A stretch of DNA of 64,000 bases from a phage, in sequence record PV419677.1; one strand, written 5' to 3'. Below, piece by piece: positions 45,636 to 54,471 of this stretch. The translations under genes and the position numbers were made by a program. Below the pieces are notes generated by a model. It was not told the origin of the DNA, ran no database searches, and saw only the letters and a list, made by a program, of their open reading frames with translations. Numbering within the stretch: the first letter of the stretch is position 1; every line of letters starts with the position of its first letter.

Positions 45636-46803
45636 GGTCTTCCATCATATCTAAATCGTTTTCGATATCTGCCGCAGATGGTTTTGCCTTACCTTCGGGA
45701 GCAGAGTATTTTTCAACCTTGGAGGCAATAAGCGCATCAACCTCGGCGTCAACAACAGCATTGCTATCGATTGCACCCAGCTGGTAATGTCGTTTGATTG
45801 CATCACGGAAAGGTTCGTGCTTGAACAACGGACCCCAGAATTCGGTACAGTTAGTATCTTTTGCACGCCATGATTTTTCTTCGCGGACCATTTCACCGGT
45901 CTCAACATCAAGATATTCACGGTTATACCAACCAACTTTCGGTTTCACCACAAATCCGATTTCCATTGCCATATCAAGCAGGCCAGAATACGGGTCAATA
46001 CCCCCATCGAATTTTACATCAATGAAGAATTTACTTTTCTCTTTGACCATACGAGATTTTTCGGCGTTCAGAACAAATTGGAAACCTTCAAGTTCTTTAC
46101 CGGTTTCTTTAATCTGGCGTTTGCCGATAATGAATACGGTGTCCGCAGAATACATAACACCTGTACCACCGGTCATAACGGTTTTGCTGTACATCTCAAT
46201 CGTCTCGATTGTATGGTTAACCGCGACACAAGGAATATCCTTGATACTAAAATATGGGGTAACAATACGGAACAGAGATTTCAGGGATTTAGCACGAGTC
46301 ATATCACCAACGACTTTTTCGTTCATCGCATCTTCTGTTTCTTTTTTCGACGCCATGTTACCGATTGAGTCAATAAAGATAATGACTTTTTCACCGCGCT
46401 CAATTGCTTCAAGCTGGTTAACCATATCAACTTTCAATTGTTCAACCGACTGGATTGGTGTGTGGATAACACGCTCCGGGTCTACTTTCATTGCACGCAG
46501 ATAGGCCTCTGTGATACCAAATTCTGAATCGTAGAACAAACAGATTGCGTCGGGGTATTTGTTCATATATGCAGAGACCATCGTTAAACCCATATTGGAT
46601 TTAAAGTGTTTTGACGGACCAGCAAAAATAGTCAAACCTGACTGCATACCACCATCTAGTGCACCGCTGATTGCAATGTTCAGCATCGGGATTTTTGTAC
46701 GAACTACATCTTTATCATTAAAGAACTTGGACTTGGTAAGAGTCGCGGTCATTTTGGATGTAGAAGCTTTAATCAAACGGGATTTCAAATCTGCAATAGA
46801 CAT
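45625..46803 (-). CDS. uvsX: UvsX recombinase (RecA-like)
   Basis: 392 aa (T4 391 aa); Walker A GPSKHFKS; long collinear match. Confidence 0.9.
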   Translation of the reverse strand: MSIADLKSRLIKASTSKMTATLTKSKFFNDKDVVRTKIPMLNIAISGALDGGMQSGLTIFAGPSKHFKSNMGLTMVSAYMNKYPDAICLFYDSEFGITEAYLRAMKVDPERVIHTPIQSVEQLKVDMVNQLEAIERGEKVIIFIDSIGNMASKKETEDAMNEKVVGDMTRAKSLKSLFRIVTPYFSIKDIPCVAVNHTIETIEMYSKTVMTGGTGVMYSADTVFIIGKRQIKETGKELEGFQFVLNAEKSRMVKEKSKFFIDVKFDGGIDPYSGLLDMAMEIGFVVKPKVGWYNREYLDVETGEMVREEKSWRAKDTNCTEFWGPLFKHEPFRDAIKRHYQLGAIDSNAVVDAEVDALIASKVEKYSAPEGKAKPSAADIENDLDMMEDLDE

Positions 46804-46888
46804 TCATTTTTTCCATAGGCACCATTATATTTTTCTCACAGGTTTAAGATAGGATAATTATATCACTGTATTTTTAGAGCAATTAATG

Positions 46889-47392
46889 TTAGTTAATACC
46901 TTGGCGTGCTTTCTCTTTAGCTACACATTTATTAATATAGCTCAGACGGTTTTGAGCAGAACGCTGATACATATCACGATACTCATTAGCTTTTGGAGAA
47001 CCAGCCTCTGCTGCCTGATAAGCTTCCGCGCGCATGATGTTTATCTGCATATTGATGTATGACATGCAGACCTGTGAAATCTGGTTAACAGTATCCAGGT
47101 CATTTTGGCGCTTGGTTTCTGCTTCCAGTTTAGCAATGATTTCGTCATGCTTCGCAGCTTGTTCGCGTTTGTACTCAATTTCACGTTGAGCATATTTCGC
47201 GCAGTTATTTCCACATTGATTGTTGTCGCGTTTGTAGATAAGTCCAGTACCACCTTTGAAATCAAAGGAACCATTATGCACCTGACGGTCTGCAGCAATT
47301 CGCGCTTTACCAATCTCATTGGCATTAACAACATCGCCCTGGTAAGCACAACCAGATAGCAGCATAACAGCTGCGATAGCTAACTTTTTCAT
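46889..47392 (-). CDS. putative lipoprotein
   Basis: 167 aa from ATG at 47392 (GAGGA Shine-Dalgarno); signal peptide with lipobox LSGC; occupies T4 beta-gt/42 slot. Confidence 0.6.
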   Translation of the reverse strand: MKKLAIAAVMLLSGCAYQGDVVNANEIGKARIAADRQVHNGSFDFKGGTGLIYKRDNNQCGNNCAKYAQREIEYKREQAAKHDEIIAKLEAETKRQNDLDTVNQISQVCMSYINMQINIMRAEAYQAAEAGSPKANEYRDMYQRSAQNRLSYINKCVAKEKARQGIN

Positions 47393-47402
47393 TGTATTTT
47401 CC

Positions 47403-47546
47403 TCAATTAAAACATTCATAGCGGGCTTGGAGTCCCAAAAATATCCAACCCAAAATTAAAGTTGGAGTCATATGTGGAGTCATTATTGCCCAATAGATTG
47501 ACATACTAAAAAATGCAATCAGTACAATAATTGTAATTATCTTCAT
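47403..47546 (-). CDS. small membrane protein (47 aa)
   Basis: ATG overlaps imm stop (ATGA); hydrophobic. Confidence 0.35.
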   Translation of the reverse strand: MKIITIIVLIAFFSMSIYWAIMTPHMTPTLILGWIFLGLQARYECFN

Positions 47547-47785
47547 TTGGTTTCCTTGATGATAATTACATGTGCATTTGATTTACGCTCAGCAACGAGT
47601 GCCCAGATAAATGCAATAAACCATCCGACCATTGTCCAACCTAACAGGAGGTTAACAAAGAAGATTCCGCAATTACTTTTGGTTCCTCGCAGTAGCGCGA
47701 TAATCCACGGCAGAAAATATGCCAGTGCAGCCAGGAAGAAAGAACCAGCACCAAGAACAACAGTACCTGCAATTAATGTTTCCAT
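47543..47785 (-). CDS. imm: superinfection immunity protein Imm
   Basis: 80 aa; two TM segments with YFLPWIIA...LLLGWTMVGWFIAFIWAL signature of Imm family. Confidence 0.8.
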   Translation of the reverse strand: METLIAGTVVLGAGSFFLAALAYFLPWIIALLRGTKSNCGIFFVNLLLGWTMVGWFIAFIWALVAERKSNAHVIIIKETK

Positions 47786-47805
47786 TTTAATATCCTTAAT
47801 TTAAT

Positions 47806-47856
47806 CATCAGTAGTTGATGGAGTAATCATACGGCAATCCTTTGCTGTTGTAAACA
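47806..47856 (-). promoter_or_regulatory. early promoter upstream of imm
   Basis: GTTTACA-N17-TATGAT and AUCAACUACUGAUGA leader. Confidence 0.5.
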
Positions 47857-47857
47857 C

Positions 47858-48864
47858 TTAAAAATCAAACATATCAAAAAGAGATGCTTTTTTCTCGTAA
47901 TCAACCTTAGCTGCTTCAGAGAACCCTGTTAACGGTTTGACAAAAGTCTTCTGGAACAGTGTGTTGTAGTCCATCCACTGCAAGACTTGGTCACGGATTT
48001 CAATCGGGAGTTCAATCCCAGATGGCCATGCAATCACGGTTTCACCAAACGGGTTGCCGACTTTAAGAGGAAGTACATACACCTTTTCCCCTTCCATGAT
48101 TTGTGGAACAGTCTTCAGACCTTTAGTTGCACGCATATATGCAAGCACACCTTTGATATGAGCCGGGCACTTAAATCCAGGGAAACCACCCTCATTATAT
48201 TTCTGAATGTTGTTAACCGATGATACACCTGCGATGGTCATGTAGTTAAGCTCATTAAATTCCTTATTGAATTCCTTGAAGTATGTCTGCAGAGATTCTT
48301 CACCTTCTTGCAGCATGCGACGGATACATTCTTTCAGAGCTTTCTGACATGCTTTTGGTGTGCTCGACTTTTGAGTTTCCAGACCCATGATTTTCAGTTT
48401 CGGAACAGCATATCGTGTGCCTTCCATATCGTACACATTCAGAGCATAACGCTTCTTCGCTGTCCAGAATCCACCAACACCTTTAGAACCAAGCGGAGGA
48501 CATGCAATCGCTTCACGGTCCATAAACATAAGGTGCTGTTTGTTGTTCATGTATTCAGCCAGTTCACGGAAAGCTTTATCGATTGCCGGTTCCAGACGGT
48601 CTTTCGCAAACTTGTCCATGAAGTCAACCAGGTGGTTTGTATCGCGGAATTTCGATTCGCCACCAACCTTTTTAATCAGGTTATCGCACTGGATATAAAT
48701 GGAGTCAGTATCGCCATAGAATACATATGTTTCACCACTTGTACCACAAACACTATCAAAATATTCGTTAACTTTACGCTCAATCCACTGCAATGCAAGT
48801 TGTCCGAAAGATGTAATCGCGGTTGCATTTCGCAGGTCAAAGTAACGGAACCAGATATTTCCCA
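47858..48864 (-). CDS. 43: DNA polymerase gp43, subunit 43B exon 2 (motif C YGDTDS to C-terminus)
   Basis: frame begins GNIWFRYFDLRNATAI..., contains YGDTDS; collinear with T4 gp43 residues about 560-898. Confidence 0.8.
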
Positions 48865-49095
48865 CAATTTTGTTCAGTTGAAGTCGTTAATTTCAACCCG
48901 GAATTATATCCAGCTGCATGTTGCCATGCAGAGCAGACTATATCATCATCTTTCGATGCCATGCGCTTCCAGCCACTTGGCTGTACTCCTTTCGGATAGT
49001 CGTTGCACGTTCCTATAATAGGCTTCGCTCAGGATTGTCTCATAGAGATGTCCCCTGAATTCACATGGTTTAAAGTGCGCCGGAATACTTGGTTA
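48865..49095 (-). mobile_element. candidate ORF-less group I self-splicing intron in gene 43
   Basis: 231 nt between ...CYGA/L and GNIW...; P1 (exon GUGCGU : intron GCGCAC, U.G at splice site), P7 (GACUA / UAGUC within GAUAUAGUC), GNRA hairpin, terminal G; splicing restores frame. Confidence 0.55.
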
Positions 49096-49267
49096 ACGCA
49101 CCATAACAACTGTTGATAAGCAATTTGCGGTTAATCTGTGCAGTATTTGCCGCAATTTCTGCCATTTGCGAATTATGCAAATGACTTTCCAAATCCGCCC
49201 TTGATAATGTTTTTAAATATGCAATTTGCGAATCATCAAAATCTATATTATAATCAATATTCATCAT
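49096..49267 (-). CDS. 43: DNA polymerase gp43, subunit 43B exon 1 (motif B region)
   Basis: MMNIDYN...NRKLLINSCYGA matches T4 gp43 around KILINSLYGALG; ATG overlaps stop of the homing endonuclease gene. Confidence 0.7.
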
Positions 49268-50082
49268 TTATTCCTACAGTTATCAAAATGCCAACGTTTC
49301 ATGCCTGCTAATATACCTTCTTTTCCACAATGTGGACAAACTGCTTTAACCTCTTTTGCTTGTTTCCAATATTCCTTTCTGGCATCAGAAATAGCTTGAT
49401 TGTGTTCATCTGAATTTTTGTGTCCCAATCTGGTTTTAACGATATCTGGATTTTTAGCAACACGTTCTTTCATAAACTCAGATTTCGCTGCACGCATTTC
49501 TGGTGTCCAGGCATCGGAGCATTTTTGTTTGTGGTCGTCGGATATAGTTCCATTTTTCAGCACAGACTCATTGTTCTTATAATGTTCAATTAAACTTTGT
49601 GAACGTTTTTGACAAGTTTCTACCGAGTGTTTTGTTCCAGTATTTTTAATTGAGGCGATTTTAAAATTATCAATTGAAATTTTATTGTAATAATCTGGAT
49701 TTTGGGCCCGGGTATATTTGATACTATCGGAAACCTTTTTGGCAACTACTGGATTATGCATCGCATTTGGTAAATTTAAAGAATTGACATAATCCCACCC
49801 ACCTTTACCACCTGGGGTTAAATTATATGTGTCAGTACGTGTGATAAATTCATTATCAACTAATTTGGCTTCAAGTGCATATGCATCATCTTCGTTATCA
49901 AATTCAGCAATGATTGATTTGACCAGGTTATGCTTGCCATATTTTTCTTTCGCAGCTTTCACAATGGGACCCGAACCCAGATAATCATCCAACAAATTAT
50001 AAGATTCACATTTATGAACTCCAATGTAAATCTTATCGTTCACTAAATTTTTAATTTGATAAACAGTGTATACATTTTTCAT
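49264..50082 (-). CDS. GIY-YIG homing endonuclease inserted in gene 43
   Basis: 272 aa; VYTVYQIKNLVNDKIYIGV GIY-YIG motif, NLTPGGKGG, C-terminal zinc finger CPHCGKEGILAGMKRWHFDNC. Confidence 0.8.
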   Translation of the reverse strand: MKNVYTVYQIKNLVNDKIYIGVHKCESYNLLDDYLGSGPIVKAAKEKYGKHNLVKSIIAEFDNEDDAYALEAKLVDNEFITRTDTYNLTPGGKGGWDYVNSLNLPNAMHNPVVAKKVSDSIKYTRAQNPDYYNKISIDNFKIASIKNTGTKHSVETCQKRSQSLIEHYKNNESVLKNGTISDDHKQKCSDAWTPEMRAAKSEFMKERVAKNPDIVKTRLGHKNSDEHNQAISDARKEYWKQAKEVKAVCPHCGKEGILAGMKRWHFDNCRNK

Positions 50083-50094
50083 AATGTCTCCTTA

Positions 50095-50135
50095 ATTTAA
50101 AAATATTTTAGCGCGCTTCCTTGCGCTTGTACAAC
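50095..50135 (-). promoter_or_regulatory. promoter-like element for homing endonuclease gene
   Basis: minus strand GTTGTACA...TAAAAT then GGAGA Shine-Dalgarno inside 53-nt spacer between 43A stop and endonuclease ATG. Confidence 0.35.
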
Positions 50136-51659
50136 TTAAAGATGGTTTAAAAGGTCTTTAATCAATTCACTATTACGTTGTGCCGCCAACATCTTTTTCT
50201 TTTCGGTTTTTCGTTGATTAAAAACTTTCTCAACTTCTGTCGGAATAATACCTGCAACATCTTTAAAATACATCATGCCATTTGGAGCACAACTAAATGT
50301 ATCAGATGGACGGTCAGCAGTTCCTGCGATGTATTCATACATCGGCGCAGGAGCAAATGAACCGGCAATCGTTTCTGGACTGATGTTAATCTGTCGGATG
50401 ATGCTCGGATACAGAGATGTCAAGTCACAGCTCATAACGTATTTGTATGCGTTCGGAATCGGTTCCTTAACAAATGCACCAGGGAATGATTGACGAACAT
50501 GCGATTTGGTTTCCGGAATGACTTTGTTTTGAGTCTTCAGGCTGTTAAAGATAATCGCATCCCAAGTTTTGATTGGGCTGAATACAGACTGAATCTGCAT
50601 TTTTGCGTAATAACCCATTGACTGGCTAAGGTTAATAAACTGGCGCTTACGGTCAATCTGTACAACACGATAAACATCGATGATGTTATAAGAAATATAC
50701 CGTTGGTGATTTGATTCACGCAGTTTAGAAATCGGACCATCATACGGGAGTTTACCAACACCCAGCTCAGATTCCGCAACATAATCCAACGAATAAGACG
50801 GTTGGTTTGTGAAGCTGAACTTTTTATACAGGTCCAGATAATCCAGAACAGAGATACCCAGAATCTGAATGATTTCTTGTTCTTCACCAAAGCCGTTGTT
50901 AATTACTTTAACTTTTGTACGACGATGTGGGCTCAGACGTTTTGCTGTGGCTTCACCAAATACATTTTTAAGGCGGTTGTAGATATACGGAATATCAAAC
51001 TTCTCGATGTTCCAACCAGTTAACATAACCGGAGTTTTCTCGTTCCAGAATACCAAATACTGCTGGAGCATTTCTTCTTCTGAATCGAAAGCCATATAAA
51101 CAATTTTTTCCAGGATTTCTTCAGGGACTTCATCGCCGCCATCTTCTTGCAGCTTGGCAGCAATATCAATAGACCATTGCTCCACAGTGGCGTATGGTGA
51201 GCTCAAAAGGTCAAAGACATAGAATTTATCGTCTACCGAATCATAGTGCGTCAGGGCATCAATAGGGTGACGTGCTTCAGACGGCTCAGGGAACCCATCC
51301 GGAGATGTCACCTCGATATCGAAGTTAGCCACACGGATTTTACTTGAATCGTATTTGATTTCGTGTGGATAACGGTCGGACAAGTATGCGAGTTTAAAGT
51401 CATCCATACCCATAGCTTCGAGACCCATGTCATTCATTCGCTTCATCCACTGGGATGCATCACGCATGGAATCGAATTCTTTTTTCACACAACCTTTATT
51501 ATAGATGTCTGTATACTTTGCAGCCTGGTCTTCGCGAGCATGCATAAACAAGCATGGAGCATAAGGGATTTCACGAACACGTTCATGACCATTCTTGTCA
51601 ATGTATCGTTCAAGCAGATTGTCACCGATTTGTTCGATAGTTAAATAAAATTCTTGCAT
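50136..51659 (-). CDS. 43: DNA polymerase gp43, subunit 43A (exonuclease and palm motif A)
   Basis: 507 aa; collinear with T4 gp43 N-terminal about 510 residues incl. FDIEVT, SLYPSIIRQ; ends with stop before the motif B region. Confidence 0.9.
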   Translation of the reverse strand: MQEFYLTIEQIGDNLLERYIDKNGHERVREIPYAPCLFMHAREDQAAKYTDIYNKGCVKKEFDSMRDASQWMKRMNDMGLEAMGMDDFKLAYLSDRYPHEIKYDSSKIRVANFDIEVTSPDGFPEPSEARHPIDALTHYDSVDDKFYVFDLLSSPYATVEQWSIDIAAKLQEDGGDEVPEEILEKIVYMAFDSEEEMLQQYLVFWNEKTPVMLTGWNIEKFDIPYIYNRLKNVFGEATAKRLSPHRRTKVKVINNGFGEEQEIIQILGISVLDYLDLYKKFSFTNQPSYSLDYVAESELGVGKLPYDGPISKLRESNHQRYISYNIIDVYRVVQIDRKRQFINLSQSMGYYAKMQIQSVFSPIKTWDAIIFNSLKTQNKVIPETKSHVRQSFPGAFVKEPIPNAYKYVMSCDLTSLYPSIIRQINISPETIAGSFAPAPMYEYIAGTADRPSDTFSCAPNGMMYFKDVAGIIPTEVEKVFNQRKTEKKKMLAAQRNSELIKDLLNHL

Positions 51660-51720
51660 TTGGTTTCCTTTATAGTCGAGTGATTGACTTTTGTTTTATG
51701 ACTTGATGTTATTATACTAC

Positions 51721-51742
51721 AAAAGGGACCGAAGTCCCTTTG
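51721..51742 (-). terminator. putative terminator hairpin
   Basis: GGGAC-UUCG-GUCCC hairpin with short U-run upstream of gene 43. Confidence 0.4.
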
Positions 51743-51744
51743 CT

Positions 51745-51972
51745 TTAAATTTCTATTGTACGTCGTTCGATGGTTGGATTACCCTTTTCATCTTTAGTTC
51801 TAACCATAGCCTGGAAGACTCTCTGTCCAGGATGCAATAATTTCTTGAGTTCCTTTTGAAATTCTATTTGAAGTTCTTCGGAAAGGTCAAAAATAGTTTG
51901 ATTTGGGGAAAGTCCATATATTTCTTTAAGGCGTTCGCATGTTTCAATTTCATGCTTCATATCAATTACCAA
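51745..51972 (-). CDS. hypothetical protein
   Basis: 75 aa between regA and 43. Confidence 0.45.
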   Translation of the reverse strand: MVIDMKHEIETCERLKEIYGLSPNQTIFDLSEELQIEFQKELKKLLHPGQRVFQAMVRTKDEKGNPTIERRTIEI

Positions 51973-52330
51973 TTGTGTATTTGGCTACAAGCTTCCAGTC
52001 GTCTTTTTGTTTAAAGGAGATAACACGGAAGTTGTTTGTTACTGCGAACAATTCATTATGCTCTTCTTCTTTGATAGTGATTAAGCCCCAGTCTTCGAGC
52101 AGTTGAGCAATGGAATCACGGCGCTGATAGTCTTCACCATCAATATCCACCTGGCGACCATCCATGCGCAGCATTTCTTTGAAGTGAACAATATAATAAC
52201 GGCCTTGCTTCTGGAGGATGTGGCAGCTCTGGTACAGCACACGGTCTTTATTATTTGCGATGCCCATACGGGTCAGAGTTTCTTTAACTTTCAGGAAGTC
52301 TTCAGGTTGCTTTAATGTAATTTCAATCAT
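51962..52330 (-). CDS. regA: translational repressor RegA
   Basis: 122 aa, same length as T4 RegA; near-identical to recalled sequence. Confidence 0.9.
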   Translation of the reverse strand: MIEITLKQPEDFLKVKETLTRMGIANNKDRVLYQSCHILQKQGRYYIVHFKEMLRMDGRQVDIDGEDYQRRDSIAQLLEDWGLITIKEEEHNELFAVTNNFRVISFKQKDDWKLVAKYTIGN

Positions 52331-52331
52331 T

Positions 52332-52910
52332 TTACCATTCCAATATTTGTTTTTTAATTTCTTTTTGTTCTTTCACATTACTGGTAACGGTCTTTAAGAA
52401 TTCATCCGTCACCAGACCTTTTGTCTTTTTCAAAACATCTTTAAGACTACCTTTGGCTTTCAATGTTTCCATATACATCAAAGCATCATCTGCATTAATT
52501 GTATAATATTTCATTAAAAGCTTTAACACAAGCTGGACGCTGACTACATCCGGCTCAGCCTTCGCCCATTTACCATAACGCTTGCCTTGCGGAACTGCAT
52601 GCAGCAAATAATTATAATGCTGTTGGTCTGTTAACCCGGAACCGATTAAGTTCATCACGTTTACCTGCATGATGCAATCGACATGTTGGCTCAACGCGTT
52701 TTCCAACCAGAATTTATTGTAGTTTTCCGATTGAATCAGGTTCCGTGGTTTTTTGCTAACGGTTATGTCATTAAGAATCGCAAACAATTCATTTTCTGCT
52801 TTCTCTTTGTATGAATCGGACAATTCCTGAATTTTGTTAAAGTCGCGTGATTTCCACGCAACCTCATGTTCGTTTAATTGAACGTCATCACCAAAGAGAC
52901 TTACAGCCAT
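52332..52910 (-). CDS. 62: clamp loader small subunit gp62
   Basis: 192 aa (T4 187 aa); synteny regA-62-44. Confidence 0.85.
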   Translation of the reverse strand: MAVSLFGDDVQLNEHEVAWKSRDFNKIQELSDSYKEKAENELFAILNDITVSKKPRNLIQSENYNKFWLENALSQHVDCIMQVNVMNLIGSGLTDQQHYNYLLHAVPQGKRYGKWAKAEPDVVSVQLVLKLLMKYYTINADDALMYMETLKAKGSLKDVLKKTKGLVTDEFLKTVTSNVKEQKEIKKQILEW

Positions 52911-53893
52911 TTCATTTCCCCAGCCAGTTGAGCAAACAGATAAGTCAAGTGAACTTCGGTATTGGCCGCAATGCCATGGTACTGATTATTCTCACCTACA
53001 ATCTCATACATGCGGATGATACTTGCACCAGTCAGTTTGCCATACATTTCATCAGCCAGCTTTGCAATGAAGCTTGAATAATCATTTGCATGCTTAGGAG
53101 CCAGACCACGGAGAACTTTAAAGTTACGGTCCTTAAGGGCATCAATCACATCATCAATTGGCGTGCGATTGTTTGTCACGATACTCAGAATACCAGAATC
53201 GATAACACCCTTTGCAGAGTAACGGTCAAGCTCGTTAATTGTCTTACGCAGGTCCGGGAAGTTATGCTTAACCAGAGCAGCAACAACTTTCAGGTCTTCG
53301 ATTTCAACGCCTTCGTTTTTACATATCGCAACCGCACGATGAATCATCTCTTTCATCATAGTAGTCTGGTCAGCTGGAGTTGCTTCACCAAACTTAATTA
53401 CGCGACAACGAGACTGCAACGGAGTAATGATGCCATCGATATTGTTCGCGGTCATAATGATTGAACAGTTGCTCGAATAAGCTTCCATAAAGCTACGGAG
53501 GTGTCGTTGTGATTCTGCCAGACCTGCACGGTCGAACTCATCGATAACAATTACCTTACGGCGACCTTCGATTGATTTGGATGATGCAAAGCGAGTCAAT
53601 TCATTACGCACAAAGTCAATTCGGCAATCGGAGCCGTTAACAAACAGCATATCAGAATTCGTATCTGCGCACATAGCTTTTGCAACTGTTGTCTTACCAG
53701 TACCAGGGGAACTACTGACCAGAATCAAGTTAGGAATCAAACCTTTTTTAACAATCGCCTCTAATGTTTCTTTATCGTGAGCCGGGAGAATACACTCTGA
53801 TAATGTACCTGGGCGGTATTTTTGTTCCCACATGAAGTCGGATTCGTTGACTGTCAAACCGTTAATTACTGTTGCCATTATTATTTTCCTCAT
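52901..53893 (-). CDS. 44: clamp loader large subunit gp44 (AAA+)
   Basis: 330 aa (T4 319 aa); Walker A SPGTGKTT. Confidence 0.9.
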   Translation of the reverse strand: MRKIIMATVINGLTVNESDFMWEQKYRPGTLSECILPAHDKETLEAIVKKGLIPNLILVSSSPGTGKTTVAKAMCADTNSDMLFVNGSDCRIDFVRNELTRFASSKSIEGRRKVIVIDEFDRAGLAESQRHLRSFMEAYSSNCSIIMTANNIDGIITPLQSRCRVIKFGEATPADQTTMMKEMIHRAVAICKNEGVEIEDLKVVAALVKHNFPDLRKTINELDRYSAKGVIDSGILSIVTNNRTPIDDVIDALKDRNFKVLRGLAPKHANDYSSFIAKLADEMYGKLTGASIIRMYEIVGENNQYHGIAANTEVHLTYLFAQLAGEMKWL

Positions 53894-54440
53894 TAAATTT
53901 TTTAACTATTTTATTCAATTCATTGGCTGAATAATTATACCCATAGTTCCGCAAAAGCGTACTGAACTTACCGCGCTTTGGTTTATCCAGCTCTATCCAA
54001 ATTTTTAACAGTTCATCATAGTGATTCCAAACTTCAGAACGCTGCCATAACGAACAATTCAATTTATGTGTTTTACTAAATGTTCGAGATACACCAGTAC
54101 GTGATTCAGACATTTGTCTACGAGTTTCTTCTGTATGAAAATCAACTCCACCATTACCGCCTGGATGAACATTAACACATTTATTTCCATATTCAATAAG
54201 ACCTTTGGCAACAATCAAAGATTCATAGTGTTTAGCTTCTTTGAAAGTTTTTACTTCTTTAATAATTTTTGTATCGAATAACCAAAGCCCAGGAATTAAA
54301 TCATTTTCTTTTCGACAAGCTTTAATAAACGTTCCACTGCCGTGATATTCTTCACCGGTCAAACGATGTCTACCAAAATAATGATAAACATCGTTTGATG
54401 CAGTATTTGTTATTTTTGTATGATAACAAATGTATGACAT
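53862..54440 (-). CDS. putative GIY-YIG (Seg-like) homing endonuclease between 45 and 44
   Basis: 192 aa from ATG at 54440 (GGAGA Shine-Dalgarno); SYICYH...VYHYFG and VHPGGNGG resemble Seg-family motifs; overlaps gp44 start by 32 nt. Confidence 0.5.
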   Translation of the reverse strand: MSYICYHTKITNTASNDVYHYFGRHRLTGEEYHGSGTFIKACRKENDLIPGLWLFDTKIIKEVKTFKEAKHYESLIVAKGLIEYGNKCVNVHPGGNGGVDFHTEETRRQMSESRTGVSRTFSKTHKLNCSLWQRSEVWNHYDELLKIWIELDKPKRGKFSTLLRNYGYNYSANELNKIVKKFNEENNNGNSN

Positions 54441-54471
54441 TTTATTCTCCATGGGGCCGAAGCCCCATTTA

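Noticed and set aside
49264-50135. Possibility that the GIY-YIG endonuclease gene is itself inside a group I intron
   Set aside because: Only about 53 nt of noncoding sequence 5' of the ORF and none 3' (ATGA overlap with 43B), too little for an intron catalytic core; free-standing insertion splitting the gene is more consistent
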